DNA of 30,610 nucleotides from Actinomycetes bacterium (GTDB lineage Bacteria > Actinomycetota > Acidimicrobiia > Acidimicrobiales > RAAP-2). A program made the translations under genes and the position numbers. This document shows positions 1-9,885 of this stretch, in pieces. Every line of letters begins with the position of its first letter. The first letter of the stretch is position 1. The notes below the pieces were generated by a model. That model made no database searches. It was not told where the DNA came from and was given only the letters and a program-made list of their open reading frames with translations. The DNA is taken from NCBI GenBank assembly GCA_021801615.1, contig JAJYXS010000099.1, forward strand, positions 1 through 30,610. Reading direction: 5' to 3'.

Positions 1-2
1 CG

Positions 3-1145
3 GCATGGGGGAAGGTGCCCGAGCGAAGGGGACTCGACGCCGCAGGCGTCCTGCGGTCGCTCGCAGGTGGGGGCGAGGTGGACGGCGCGGGCGGTGACGG
101 CGCGGGCGGTGACGGCGCGGGCGGTGAGCAGGTCCGGGCGCTCCTCGTGGTGGGCTCGGACCTGCCCGACGACTTCGTCGACGCCGCACTGGCCCGGCGC
201 GCGCTCGACGCAGCCGACCTCGTGGTCGCGGTCAGCGGGCACACGGGCGGCGTCGCGGACTGGGCCGACGTGGTGCTACCGGTCGCGATCGAGCACGAGC
301 GGCCCGGGACCACGGTCAACGTGGAGGGTCGGGTGAGCCGGCTGGGCCAGAAGCTGGTACCGCCCGGCCAGGCGTGGCCCGACTGGATGATCGCGGCCGA
401 GCTCGCCGCGGCGCTCGGGGCCGACCTCGGCTTCGCGTCGACCGACGAGGTGTGGGACGAGATCGAGCGGCTCGCTCCTGTCTTCGCAGGACTGACGGGG
501 GACGTGCTCGGTTCGCCCGACGCCCATGACGGCGTGGTCGTCCCGTACCGTGCCGCCGACGTGGCGGCCCGGCGCAGGATCCTGCCGATCGACCCGATCG
601 CGACGCCTGGCGTCGACTCGGTGGAACGTCAGGGCGCGCCACCCCGAGCCGGGCTCGCCGAGCCACCCGGTGCGGAGGAGCCAGCGCACGAGCACCGGCC
701 CCGCCTCGTGCCGCAGGGCGGCGGCGCGCCCGTCGCGTCGCCTGCACCTGGTGCAGGCCTCCGGGAGCTGGCAGGCGTCCTGCGAGCCCCGCACGTCGCG
801 CCCGCGGACAGCTACTCGCTCCGGCTGGTCTCCATGCGCCGCCTCTACGACTCCGGTGCGGCGGTCTCGCACTCCGCGTCCTTGGTGCCGCTCGTCCACG
901 CGGCGACCGCCCGGGCGAACCCCTACGACCTCGACCGGCTCGGCGCCCGCGGCGGCGACGCGGTGACGGTGCGCTCGGCGCGCGGTGAGCTCACCCTGCC
1001 CTGCGAGCCCGACGGGACCGTGCCGCGCGGCGTGGTGGCCGTCGACTTCGGCCTTCCCGCCCAGGACGGCACGCGCAACGTGGCGGCGACGCTCGTCGAC
1101 GCCGCTGCAGCCGTCGTCGACGTCCGGCTGGAGTCGGTCCGATGA
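3..1145 (+). CDS. nuoG: NADH-quinone oxidoreductase subunit G, C-terminal part (5'-truncated by window edge)
   Basis: Frame is open from the window start. DVVLPVAIEHERPGTTVNVEGRV and WPDWMIAAELA match the molybdopterin-oxidoreductase-like C-terminus, followed by a dinucleotide-binding-like end domain. Stop overlaps the nuoH ATG (ATGA). Confidence 0.88.
   Translation, partial: AWGKVPERRGLDAAGVLRSLAGGGEVDGAGGDGAGGDGAGGEQVRALLVVGSDLPDDFVDAALARRALDAADLVVAVSGHTGGVADWADVVLPVAIEHERPGTTVNVEGRVSRLGQKLVPPGQAWPDWMIAAELAAALGADLGFASTDEVWDEIERLAPVFAGLTGDVLGSPDAHDGVVVPYRAADVAARRRILPIDPIATPGVDSVERQGAPPRAGLAEPPGAEEPAHEHRPRLVPQGGGAPVASPAPGAGLRELAGVLRAPHVAPADSYSLRLVSMRRLYDSGAAVSHSASLVPLVHAATARANPYDLDRLGARGGDAVTVRSARGELTLPCEPDGTVPRGVVAVDFGLPAQDGTRNVAATLVDAAAAVVDVRLESVR
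81..125 (+). repeat. 15-bp x3 in-frame repeat (DGAGG)
   Basis: GACGGCGCGGGCGGT at 81, 96 and 111, within nuoG. Confidence 0.92.
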
Positions 1146-2518
1146 TCGGCTCGCCTGGTGCCGACTACGCGCAGCTCGCCGCGCTCCACGCCCTCACGAC
1201 CCACGGCGACCCGTTGTACTCGCACGGGGTCGGCTTGTTCGTCTGGGTGGTCGTGGTGATCAAGGTGCTGGTCGCCTTCGTCGTGCTCCTGGTCTCGGTC
1301 ATGCTCATGATCTGGTTCGAGCGCAAGCTCATCTCGGACATGCAGAGCCGCATCGGGCCCAACCGCGCCGGCCCGTGGGGCCTCCTGCAGACGCTCGCGG
1401 ACGGTACGAAGCTCTTCTTCAAGGAAGACCTGCTGCCCGCACAGGCAGACCGTGTGGTCTTCCGCCTCGCCCCCTACCTGTCGCTCGTTCCCGCGCTGCT
1501 CATCTTCACGGTCATCCCGGTGGGTGGCATCGTCACCGTCGCCGGGCACACCTTCGAGCTTCAGGTCGCGGACCCGACGATCGGGATCCTCGTCGTGCTC
1601 GCGATGTCCTCGATCGCCGTCTACGGCGTCATGCTCGCAGGCTGGTCGTCGGGCTCCAAGTACCCGCTCTTGGGCTCGGTGCGGGCGTCGGCGCAGATGA
1701 TCTCCTACGAAGCCGCGCTCGGGATCACGACCGTCACCGTCGTCCTCGTGACCGGGTCGCTGTCGACGCGCGCGATCGTGGAGTCGCAGGCGCCGGCGTT
1801 CTGGGACTGGAACATCATCCGCCTCGGGATCGTCCCGTTCTTCCTCTTCCTCACCGCGATCACCGCCGAGCTGACGCGGCCCCCCTTCGACCTCACCGAG
1901 GCCGAGCAGGAGCTGGTCGGCGGGTTCCACACCGAGTACTCCTCGATCCGCTTCGCGCTCTTCTACCTCGCGGAGTTCATGAACGTGATCACGATGTCGG
2001 GGGTCGTCGTCACGCTCTTCCTCGGCGGTCCCGACGGCCCGGTACCGCACATCCCGACCTTCGACGTCTGGTTCCCGTCGGTGTGGTTCCTCGCGAAGGT
2101 CTTCGTCTTCCTCTTCGTCTACGTGTGGCTGCGTGCCGCGCTGCCGAGGCTCCGCTACGACCAGCTGATGGCATTGGGGTGGAAGTACCTGATCCCGCTC
2201 AGCCTCGGCTGGCTGCTCGCGGTCGCGGGCTTCCTCGTCGACGGCTGGTGGGGTGCGGGCGTCATCGTCGGCGCGCTCTTGGTCGCCGGCCTCCTCGTGC
2301 GCGCGTTCTCGATCGGAAGGGTGCGCGGCGAGCACCGTCCGCTCCTCGAGCCCGTCGGGGCCCGACCTCGGCGCCCCGCGCTCTCGCTCCTTGCTCCCGC
2401 CCCGATAGCGCGCGCGGGGGAACGAGCGGGGGGCGGGGAACTGCAAGGCAGAGAACTGCAGGGCAGGGACGTGCGTGGCGGGGACGCAGGGCGCGGAGAC
2501 GGCGGAGGGGCGGGCTGA
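1142..2518 (+). CDS. nuoH: NADH-quinone oxidoreductase subunit H, with C-terminal extension
   Basis: ERKLISDMQSRIGPNRAGPWGLLQTLADGTKLFFKED, GWSSGSKYPLLG, PFDLTEAEQELVGGFHTEYS, LPRLRYDQLM. Confidence 0.97.
   Translation: MIGSPGADYAQLAALHALTTHGDPLYSHGVGLFVWVVVVIKVLVAFVVLLVSVMLMIWFERKLISDMQSRIGPNRAGPWGLLQTLADGTKLFFKEDLLPAQADRVVFRLAPYLSLVPALLIFTVIPVGGIVTVAGHTFELQVADPTIGILVVLAMSSIAVYGVMLAGWSSGSKYPLLGSVRASAQMISYEAALGITTVTVVLVTGSLSTRAIVESQAPAFWDWNIIRLGIVPFFLFLTAITAELTRPPFDLTEAEQELVGGFHTEYSSIRFALFYLAEFMNVITMSGVVVTLFLGGPDGPVPHIPTFDVWFPSVWFLAKVFVFLFVYVWLRAALPRLRYDQLMALGWKYLIPLSLGWLLAVAGFLVDGWWGAGVIVGALLVAGLLVRAFSIGRVRGEHRPLLEPVGARPRRPALSLLAPAPIARAGERAGGGELQGRELQGRDVRGGDAGRGDGGGAG
2438..2512 (+). repeat. 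decaying 15-bp array in nuoH tail (ELQGR ELQGR DVRGG DAGRG)
   Basis: GAACTGCAAGGCAGA, GAACTGCAGGGCAGG, then increasingly diverged units. Confidence 0.75.
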
Positions 2519-3364
2519 ATGGGCGTGCTCTCGGACATCCGCGAGGAGCTCAAATTCTTCGGCGGCTTCAAGCTCACCTTCGAGCACCTGACGCGACCGA
2601 GGGTGACCCGCCAGTACCCCGACGAGAAGCAGCCGAAGCAGCCCCGCCTCCACGGCCGTCACGTGCTGAACCGCTACGAGGACGGCATGGAGAAGTGCAT
2701 CGGCTGCGAGCTGTGCGCGGGCGTCTGCCCTGCCGACTGCATCTACGTCCGGGGGCTCGACAACCCGCCCGACCACCCCGTCTCTCCGGGCGAGCGGTAC
2801 GGCTACGTCTACGAGATCAACTACCTGCGGTGCATCCACTGCGACCTGTGCGTCGAGGCCTGCCCGACCGAGGCGATCACCGAGTCCAAGCTGTTCGAGT
2901 TCTCCTTCACGAACCGGGCCGACGCCATCTACACGAAGCGCGAACTGCTCGTCGGCGACGACGGACGGCCGAAGAAGCTCCCGTGGGAGGACTGGCGAGA
3001 GGGCGACGACGAGCACACGTCGGGCTGGATGCGCGCGGCTGCCCCGAACGGGAGCGCCGCCTACGAGGGCGAGGTCCAGTGGTCCGGCGAGCTCGGCTAC
3101 GGCGTGCGGGCGCCGGAGGGAGGGCAGTCGGGCCACCGGGACGACGCGGCCACCGGCACCCTGGCGCTTCGCGAGGTGCTGGAGCCCCATCTCCTCGACG
3201 AGGACATCCCCTTCGAGCACCGCGGCATGCGGGGCCGGCTGTGGCGGGCCCAGCTCTCCGCTCGACGCAACCGCACGAAGATGCAGCGGGCGCTCGAGCG
3301 CGTGAAGGAGCGGCACGCCGCCAGGGTTGCCCGTCCCGAGGAGGACGAGGGGGGACGCGAATGA
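2519..3364 (+). CDS. nuoI: NADH-quinone oxidoreductase subunit I (2x[4Fe-4S]) with long C-terminal extension
   Basis: [12 protein letters not shown] and [12 protein letters not shown] ferredoxin motifs, TRQYPDEK; operon position. Confidence 0.96.
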   Translation: MGVLSDIREELKFFGGFKLTFEHLTRPRVTRQYPDEKQPKQPRLHGRHVLNRYEDGMEKCIGCELCAGVCPADCIYVRGLDNPPDHPVSPGERYGYVYEINYLRCIHCDLCVEACPTEAITESKLFEFSFTNRADAIYTKRELLVGDDGRPKKLPWEDWREGDDEHTSGWMRAAAPNGSAAYEGEVQWSGELGYGVRAPEGGQSGHRDDAATGTLALREVLEPHLLDEDIPFEHRGMRGRLWRAQLSARRNRTKMQRALERVKERHAARVARPEEDEGGRE

Positions 3365-4107
3365 ACGTCCTGCTCGGGGTGACCGTCCCCGACGCCATCA
3401 CCTTCGGCATCTGCGCGGTCGTGGTCCTGTCGGGGGCCATCGGGGTCATCGTCTCGCGCAACGCGGTGCACGCCGCCTTGTCGCTCGTCCTCACCCTGTT
3501 CGGGATCGCCGTCCTGTTCATCGAGCAGCACGCGTACTTCCTCGCCGCGGTGCAGGTCATCGTCTATGCCGGCGCGATCGTCGTGCTCTTCCTCTTCGTC
3601 ATCATGTTCCTCGGCGTCGACCGGGAAGAAGACGTCCGAGCCGAGCCGCTCAGGGGCCAGCGGCCGCTCGCGGTCGTCCTCACGGCCATCTCGCTCGCAG
3701 GGGTGCTCGCGCTCTCCGCGACGGCGAACTGGGTCACCGGCGCGCACCGCGTGGCCGGAGGGGTCAACGCCGGAGGCCACACGGACACCTTCAACTTGGG
3801 CAAGTCGATCTTCACCACCTACCTGTGGGCGTTCGAGATCACCGCCGCGCTCCTGGTCATCGCCGTGGTGGGCGCGGTCGTCCTCGCCCGCCGCCCGGCG
3901 CGCGCCGAGGACGAGGAACCTGCAGCGGACGGCCGTGCCGCTCCCCTCGCCCCGATCGAGGGCAGCCAGGGTGCTGGCGGCCCGATCGAGGGCGGTGCGA
4001 GCGCTGGCGGCCAGGGCGACGGCGACGAGGGGGACGGCGCGGCCGGCGCGGACGCTGCGAGGCGCCCGGCCGCAGGTGTCCCCGCCTCCGCGGAGGTGAG
4101 CCGATGA
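3361..4107 (+). CDS. nuoJ: NADH-quinone oxidoreductase subunit J
   Basis: ATG at 3361 overlaps the nuoI stop. [48 protein letters not shown]. Lies at the end of track ORF 985..4107. Confidence 0.95.
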   Translation: MNVLLGVTVPDAITFGICAVVVLSGAIGVIVSRNAVHAALSLVLTLFGIAVLFIEQHAYFLAAVQVIVYAGAIVVLFLFVIMFLGVDREEDVRAEPLRGQRPLAVVLTAISLAGVLALSATANWVTGAHRVAGGVNAGGHTDTFNLGKSIFTTYLWAFEITAALLVIAVVGAVVLARRPARAEDEEPAADGRAAPLAPIEGSQGAGGPIEGGASAGGQGDGDEGDGAAGADAARRPAAGVPASAEVSR

Positions 4108-4409
4108 GCATCGGGCCGGCGTGGTACCTCGGGCTCGCCGCAGTGCTGTTCGCGCTCGGCGCCGTCGGGGTCATGGTTCGCCGCAACGTCCTCGTGATGT
4201 TCATGTGCGTCGAGCTGATGCTCAACGCCGCGAACCTCACCTTCGTGACGTTCTCGCGGGTGCTCGGGGACATCGGTGGGCAGTCGCTCGTCTTCTTCGT
4301 CCTCGTCGTGGCCGCCGCTGAGGTCGTCGTCGGCCTGGGCGTGGTCGTCGCGATCTTCCGGCGGCGCGCGGCGGCCACGGCGGACGACCTTCACGGGATG
4401 AAGGGCTGA
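4104..4409 (+). CDS. nuoK: NADH-quinone oxidoreductase subunit K
   Basis: GGAGG RBS at 4092-4096, ATG overlapping the nuoJ stop. [20 protein letters not shown] and [10 protein letters not shown] contain both conserved Glu. Confidence 0.96.
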   Translation: MSIGPAWYLGLAAVLFALGAVGVMVRRNVLVMFMCVELMLNAANLTFVTFSRVLGDIGGQSLVFFVLVVAAAEVVVGLGVVVAIFRRRAAATADDLHGMKG

Positions 4410-4412
4410 GCC

Positions 4413-6347
4413 GTGCTGGACGCCGCCTTCTTGATGCCGCTGCTCCCGCTCGTCGGGTTCGTCGTGCTCGTCTTCTTCGGGCGCCGCGTCGGCGAGCCGG
4501 TCGCCGGGTGGATCGGGACGGCCACCGTGGCCGGGTCCTTCGTGGCGGCGTGCGTGACCTTGGTGGGGCTGGCCGACCAGCCGTCCGGCGCCCGGACGCT
4601 CACGTGCTCGGACACCTGCGCACCGGGCGCGAGCGGGCACGCGTTCTTCGACTGGATCTCCGTCGGCGGTCTCCACGTGAAGCTGGCCATCCTGCTCGAC
4701 CCGCTCTCGATGACGATGTGCATGTTCGTCACCGGCGTGAGCATGCTCATCCACCTCTACTCGATCGGGTACATGAAGGGGGACCGGGACTTCACGAAGT
4801 TCTTCGTCTACATGAACGCCTTCGTCTTCTCGATGCTGGTCCTGGTCATGGCGAACGACCTCCTCGTCACCTTCGTCGGGTGGGAGGGCGTGGGCGTGTG
4901 CTCGTACTGGCTCATCGCCTTCTGGTTCCAGCGGGACTCGGCGGCGTCCGCGGGGAAGAAGGCGTTCATCTACAACCGCATCGGCGACGCGGGCTTCCTG
5001 CTCGCGATGTTCCTCATCTTCTCGAAGACCGGCACTCTCACCTATCTCGGCGTCTTCGCCCACCGGCACCTGCTCGTCGGGGGCGGGACGGTGACCGCGG
5101 CGGTGCTGCTGCTCTTCCTGGCGGCGACCGGCAAGTCCGCGCAGATCCCGCTGTTCAACTGGCTGCCTGACGCGATGGAAGGCCCGACGCCCGTCTCCGC
5201 CCTCATCCACGCCGCGACGATGGTGACGGCGGGCGTCTACCTCCTGTGCCGGGTCAGCCCGCTCCTCGCGCTGAGCCCCGACGCGATGTGGGTGATCGCC
5301 GCGATCGGAGGGGCGACCGCGTTCGTCGCGGCGACCATCGCCTGCGCGCAGCAGGACATCAAGAAGGCGCTCGCCTTCTCCACGATCTCCCAGATCGGCT
5401 ACATGGTCCTCGCCGTGGGGAGCGGCGCCTACGTCGCGGCGATCTTCCTCATGGTCTGCCACGCCTTCTACAAGGGCCTGCTCTTCCTCGGCTCGGGCTC
5501 GGTCATCCACGGCATGGAGACAGAGCAGGACATGAAGCGGATGGGAGGGTTGCGCCGCGTCATGCCCTGGACGTACGCGACGTTCCTCACCGCGTGGCTC
5601 GCGCTGGCCGCGATCCCGCCGTTCTCGGGCTTCTGGGCCAAGGGCGACATCCTCACGAACGTCTACGCGAAGACGCTCGTCCTCTACGCCCTCGGCCTGC
5701 TCACCGCCTTCTTCACCTCGTACTACATGAGCCGCATCTTCTTTCTCACCTTCACCGGGCGCGAGCGCTGGGCCGAGGAGGCGCCCGACGGGCGTCCGCC
5801 CCACCGCCGCCCGCACGAGCCTTCCTGGGTCATGCGCGCACCGCTCGTCGTGCTGTCGTTCTTCGCGCTGTTCGCCGGCACCGTCGACCTGCCCTGGGTG
5901 CACGTCGGCACCCTCGCCCAGTGGCTCGGACCGGTGTTCGGGAGCCGGCTGTTCGCCGCGCACGAGAGCGTGGGCGAGCAGGTCGGCCTCGCGGTCGCGG
6001 ACGGCGTCGTCGCGGTCGTCGCCGCGTACGTCGCCTGGGTCCTGTGGCGGCGGAGCGCGGACCGCCCGGCGCTCGAGCCCACCTTCCTCCAGCGCGTCTG
6101 GTACTGGGACGCCTTCTACGACACGCTCATCGGCCGGCCGGGCCAGGCGATCGCCCGTGCGTGCGCCGTGGTGGTGGACGGCCGGCTCCTCGATGGCGCG
6201 GTCAACTGGACGGGCCGCCTGGTCCAGTCGATCGGGAGCGGGACGCGCCGCATCCAGACCGGGTTCGTGCGCAACTACGTGGTCGGGATCGTGGTCGGCA
6301 TGGCCGCCGTCCTCGCGTTCATGCTCTCGAGGACGTGGTGGTCGTGA
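4413..6347 (+). CDS. nuoL: NADH-quinone oxidoreductase subunit L
   Basis: WEGVGVCSY, NRIGD, GKSAQIPLFNWLPDAMEGPTPVSALIHAATMV, DIKKALAFSTISQ, HAFYKGLLF. Confidence 0.97.
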   Translation: MLDAAFLMPLLPLVGFVVLVFFGRRVGEPVAGWIGTATVAGSFVAACVTLVGLADQPSGARTLTCSDTCAPGASGHAFFDWISVGGLHVKLAILLDPLSMTMCMFVTGVSMLIHLYSIGYMKGDRDFTKFFVYMNAFVFSMLVLVMANDLLVTFVGWEGVGVCSYWLIAFWFQRDSAASAGKKAFIYNRIGDAGFLLAMFLIFSKTGTLTYLGVFAHRHLLVGGGTVTAAVLLLFLAATGKSAQIPLFNWLPDAMEGPTPVSALIHAATMVTAGVYLLCRVSPLLALSPDAMWVIAAIGGATAFVAATIACAQQDIKKALAFSTISQIGYMVLAVGSGAYVAAIFLMVCHAFYKGLLFLGSGSVIHGMETEQDMKRMGGLRRVMPWTYATFLTAWLALAAIPPFSGFWAKGDILTNVYAKTLVLYALGLLTAFFTSYYMSRIFFLTFTGRERWAEEAPDGRPPHRRPHEPSWVMRAPLVVLSFFALFAGTVDLPWVHVGTLAQWLGPVFGSRLFAAHESVGEQVGLAVADGVVAVVAAYVAWVLWRRSADRPALEPTFLQRVWYWDAFYDTLIGRPGQAIARACAVVVDGRLLDGAVNWTGRLVQSIGSGTRRIQTGFVRNYVVGIVVGMAAVLAFMLSRTWWS

Positions 6348-7915
6348 CGGCCACCCACGCCTTTCCGTTCCTCACGGTGCTGGTGCTGCTCCCCGCTGGT
6401 GGCGCGCTCGGGGTCGTGGTCCTCGGGGCATGGCGCGGCCTGCCGCGGGCGGTGATCGAGTGGTTCGGGATCGCGGTCTCCCTCGCCACGCTCGGGCTCG
6501 CCGTCGCGGTGGCGGCGCTGTTCGCCACGACGACCGGCGGCTTCCAGTTCGTCTCGGACCACGCCTGGGCGACCGGTCTCGGGGTGCACTGGTTCCTCGG
6601 GATCGACGGGATCTCGCTGTTCCTCGTCCTGCTCGCGGCCGTGCTCTTCCCGATCGTGCTCGCCGGCGCGCGCACGCGCACCGACGCGCGGAGCTTCGTG
6701 GCGTGGATGCTCCTGCTCGAGTGCGCGTGCCTCGGGAGCTTCGTCTCGATCGACCTGATCCTGTTCTTCCTCTTCTTCGAGCTCACGCTCGTGCCGTCGT
6801 ACTTCATCATCAGCGGCTGGGGGTACGCGCGCCGCGCGTACGCCGCCGTCAAATTCTTCGTCTACACCTTCCTCGGCTCGGCGTTCCTCCTCGTGGGGAT
6901 CCTCGTGGTCGCCTTCGCGCACGAGCACCAGACGGGCGTCCTCACGTTCTCCCTGCCGGCTCTCGAGCACACCCGCTTCTCGGGCGCCGGCGGCATCCTG
7001 CTCTTCCTCGCGTTCACCGCCGCGTTCGCCGTCAAGGCGCCGCTCTTCCCGTTCCACACCTGGTCGCCCGACGCGTACGCCGAGGCGCCGACCGGCGGGT
7101 CCATGGTGCTCGCCGCGGTCCTCGCGAAGCTCGGCACCTACGGCATCTTGCAGTTCGACCTGCGCCTGTTCCCGCAGCCGTCGGTCGACCTCGCGCCGCT
7201 GCTGCTCACCCTGGCGGTGATCGGGATCCTCTACGGCGCGATCGTGGCGTGCGCACAGCGCGACCTGAAGCGGCTCGTCGCATACTCGTCGCTCGCGCAG
7301 ATGGGCTTCGTCGCGCTCGGGATCTTCGCCTTCACGTCCCAGGGGATGACCGGAGGCGTCCTTTTGATGCTGAACCACGGGCTCATCACCGCCGCTCTCT
7401 TCCTGCTCATCGGCTGGATCTACGAGCGTCGCCAGACCTGGCAGGTGAGCGAGCTGCGCGGCCTCCAGGCGCCCGCGCCGGTCATGGCAGGGGTGTTCAC
7501 GGTGGTGATGCTCGCCTCGATCGGACTGCCGGGCCTGAACGGGTTCGTGAGCGAGTTCCTCGTCCTGTCCGGGACGTTCCTCACGCATCGGTGGTGGGCG
7601 GTCGTCGCGACCGCAGGCGTCGTCCTGGCCGCCATCTACCTGCTGTGGGCGTACCAGCAGGTGTTCCACGGCAAGGTCGACCTCGCGAGCTCCCGCACGC
7701 GCGACCTGAGCTGGGCCGAGCGCGTGGTCATCGCGCCGCTGATCGTCGTCATCGTCTTCCTCGGCGTCTACCCGCAGCCGGTGCTCGACCGGATCACCCC
7801 CACGGTGAACAGCCTCGTCGCCCACGTCGACGCCGTGACCCACACGCACGAGCCCCCGGTGGCCCGCGCCAAGGTCGCGGTGCACGCCGCGCCGGCGAGG
7901 AGGTCCTCCACGTGA
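6344..7915 (+). CDS. nuoM: NADH-quinone oxidoreductase subunit M
   Basis: GTG at 6344 overlaps the nuoL stop. GIDGISL, FFELTLVP, VKAPLFPFHTW, LAKLGTYG, DLKRLVAYSS, GLPGLNGFVSEF. Confidence 0.96.
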   Translation: MTATHAFPFLTVLVLLPAGGALGVVVLGAWRGLPRAVIEWFGIAVSLATLGLAVAVAALFATTTGGFQFVSDHAWATGLGVHWFLGIDGISLFLVLLAAVLFPIVLAGARTRTDARSFVAWMLLLECACLGSFVSIDLILFFLFFELTLVPSYFIISGWGYARRAYAAVKFFVYTFLGSAFLLVGILVVAFAHEHQTGVLTFSLPALEHTRFSGAGGILLFLAFTAAFAVKAPLFPFHTWSPDAYAEAPTGGSMVLAAVLAKLGTYGILQFDLRLFPQPSVDLAPLLLTLAVIGILYGAIVACAQRDLKRLVAYSSLAQMGFVALGIFAFTSQGMTGGVLLMLNHGLITAALFLLIGWIYERRQTWQVSELRGLQAPAPVMAGVFTVVMLASIGLPGLNGFVSEFLVLSGTFLTHRWWAVVATAGVVLAAIYLLWAYQQVFHGKVDLASSRTRDLSWAERVVIAPLIVVIVFLGVYPQPVLDRITPTVNSLVAHVDAVTHTHEPPVARAKVAVHAAPARRSST

Positions 7916-9828
7916 CCCGCGCCCCCCACCGCAGCGCGCGCCTTGCTGGCGGTGGGCACCGCGCCGGCCTGATCGCCTTCGGCCACACGGTGCGTGCCGC
8001 CCACCTCGCGACGATCGCGACCCCTCACATCCGCTACCTCGCCGTCATCCCGGAGATCGTGATGCTCGGGGGCGCGGTCCTGCTGCTGGCGGTCGGCTCG
8101 CTCGTCGTGCGCCAGGTGCGCGCCTGGGTCGCGACGCTCGCCACGGTCGCGGTGTCGGGCGCCGCCCTCGGCGTGTCCTTGTGGCAGTGGGCGGACGTGA
8201 CCAGCCACGGCGCGTTCACTGCTGTCGACCACGCCGTGGTCGTCGACGGCTTCAGCGCCCTCGTGAACGTGCTCGTCTCCAGCGCGATGTTCCTCACCGC
8301 CCTCGTCGCCGACGGCTACCTGCGGCGCGAGGGGGTCGACGGCGTGGAGTTCCACGTCCTTGCGATGGTGTCGGCGACCGGCGCGATGATCATGGCGTCG
8401 GCCAACGACCTCATCGTCGTCTTCCTCGGCCTCGAGATCCTCTCGATCTCGCTCTACGTGCTCGCTGCCTTCAACCACCGGCGTGCGGCGTCGGGAGAGG
8501 CCGCCCTCAAGTACTTCATTCTCGGCTCGTTCTCCTCGGCGGTGTTCGTCTACGGCATCGCGCTCGTCTACGGCGCGACCGGGACGTCGAACCTCGCCCA
8601 GATCGCCGGGTTCCTCTCGAAGAACGTGCTCGCCGCCGACGGGCTCCTCCTCGCGGGGATGTCCCTGCTCGTCGTGGGGTTCTCGTTCAAGGTGGCGGCG
8701 GTGCCGTTCCACATGTGGACGCCCGACGTCTACCAGGGCGCGCCGTCTCCTGTGACCGGGTTCATGGCCGCCGTGGCCAAGGCGGGGGCTTTCGCGGCCT
8801 TCCTCAGGGTGTTCATCTCCTCCTTCGGGCTGCTGCGGACGGACTGGCAGCCGATCGTCTACGCGATCGCGATCGTGACGCTGCTCCTGGGAGCGGGGCT
8901 CGCGCTGGTCCAGCGAGACGTGAAGCGCATGCTCGCCTACTCCTCGATCAACCACGCCGGGTTCGTGCTGCTCGGGCTCGAGGCGGCCTCGGCGCGCGGG
9001 GTGAGCGCGGCCCTCTACTACCTGTTCGCCTACACGTTCATGGTGATCGGAAGCTTCGCCGTCGTGACGATCCTCGGACGGCGCGGGGACGCGACCCACG
9101 ACATCGCCTCCTACCGCGGGCTCGCGAGCCGCCAACCGCTGCTCGCGCTGTCCTTCGCGGTGCTCCTCCTCGCGCAGGCTGGAGCGCCGTTCACCACCGG
9201 GCTGTGGGCGAAGCTCCAGGTCGTGCTGGCCGCAGTGGACCACGCCGTGCCGCTCGCGGTCATCGCGATGATCTCTGCGGCCGTGGCCGCCTTCTTCTAC
9301 CTGCGCGTGGCCGTGCTCATGTACACGCCGCCGCCTGCTCCAGGCAGCGTGCCCGGGGTCGAGGCTCCGGCGGAGGACTTGGTGCCGCTGGGAGCCCCTC
9401 GGGCGGCGCCGGAGCCCGAGCCGACCCTTCCCGAGCCGGCATTCCCGGTGCCGGCGCGCACGGTGGTGGCGCGCGCAGAGGGGCCGGCACCGGCAGCGCC
9501 TGCCGAGCGCCCGCTGTGGGCAGGCGCCGAGCGGACCGCCGTCGCGCTCGACCGCTTGAACGCCGAGCTGCTCTTGGACGAGGACCCGATGACGCTCGCG
9601 CTCGCGAGAGGGCCTGTGCCGGTCACCTCCCTCGAGTTGGGCGAGCTTCAAGGGGGAGCGGGAGCGACGACGGGCGCCGAGGAGGTGCCGCCATCCGACG
9701 TGGTTCGAGTCCCGCGGCTCGGCGCGCTGGCGATCGGGCTGTGCCTGGCGGTCTCCGTGGTGTTCGGCTTCTGGCCGGGGCCGCTGACCTCCTTCGCGCA
9801 CCACGCCACGCTGCTCTTCCTCCCCTGA
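7912..9828 (+). CDS. nuoN: NADH-quinone oxidoreductase subunit N, with large insertion before last TM helix
   Basis: GTG at 7912 overlaps the nuoM stop (true start could be slightly downstream). GLEILSISLY, EAALKYF, FKVAAVPFHMWTPDVYQGAP, KRMLAYSSINHAG. Confidence 0.95.
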   Translation: MTRAPHRSARLAGGGHRAGLIAFGHTVRAAHLATIATPHIRYLAVIPEIVMLGGAVLLLAVGSLVVRQVRAWVATLATVAVSGAALGVSLWQWADVTSHGAFTAVDHAVVVDGFSALVNVLVSSAMFLTALVADGYLRREGVDGVEFHVLAMVSATGAMIMASANDLIVVFLGLEILSISLYVLAAFNHRRAASGEAALKYFILGSFSSAVFVYGIALVYGATGTSNLAQIAGFLSKNVLAADGLLLAGMSLLVVGFSFKVAAVPFHMWTPDVYQGAPSPVTGFMAAVAKAGAFAAFLRVFISSFGLLRTDWQPIVYAIAIVTLLLGAGLALVQRDVKRMLAYSSINHAGFVLLGLEAASARGVSAALYYLFAYTFMVIGSFAVVTILGRRGDATHDIASYRGLASRQPLLALSFAVLLLAQAGAPFTTGLWAKLQVVLAAVDHAVPLAVIAMISAAVAAFFYLRVAVLMYTPPPAPGSVPGVEAPAEDLVPLGAPRAAPEPEPTLPEPAFPVPARTVVARAEGPAPAAPAERPLWAGAERTAVALDRLNAELLLDEDPMTLALARGPVPVTSLELGELQGGAGATTGAEEVPPSDVVRVPRLGALAIGLCLAVSVVFGFWPGPLTSFAHHATLLFLP

Positions 9829-9851
9829 AGCCCCCTTGCCTCCCCTTGGTG

Positions 9852-9885
9852 GGCTCGCTGATGGCTGCTAGCGCCCGAGCGAGCC
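9852..9885. terminator. inverted repeat at nuoN/lnt convergence (possible terminator)
   Basis: GGCTCGCT (9852-9859) / AGCGAGCC (9878-9885), 18-nt loop, no U-tract. Confidence 0.3.

Noticed and set aside
5620-5660. NuoL FWAKGDIL instead of FxSKD (Asp after Lys replaced by Gly)
   Set aside because: An Asp follows one residue later and all main antiporter Glu/Lys/His residues are intact; probably ordinary variation.
985-9828. Very long track ORFs 985..4107, 5246..7915 and 6157..9828 as fusion proteins
   Set aside because: Only their C-terminal parts match NuoJ, NuoM and NuoN; real starts overlap the upstream stops (ATGA/GTGA). The rest is alternative-frame read-through in stop-poor GC-rich DNA.
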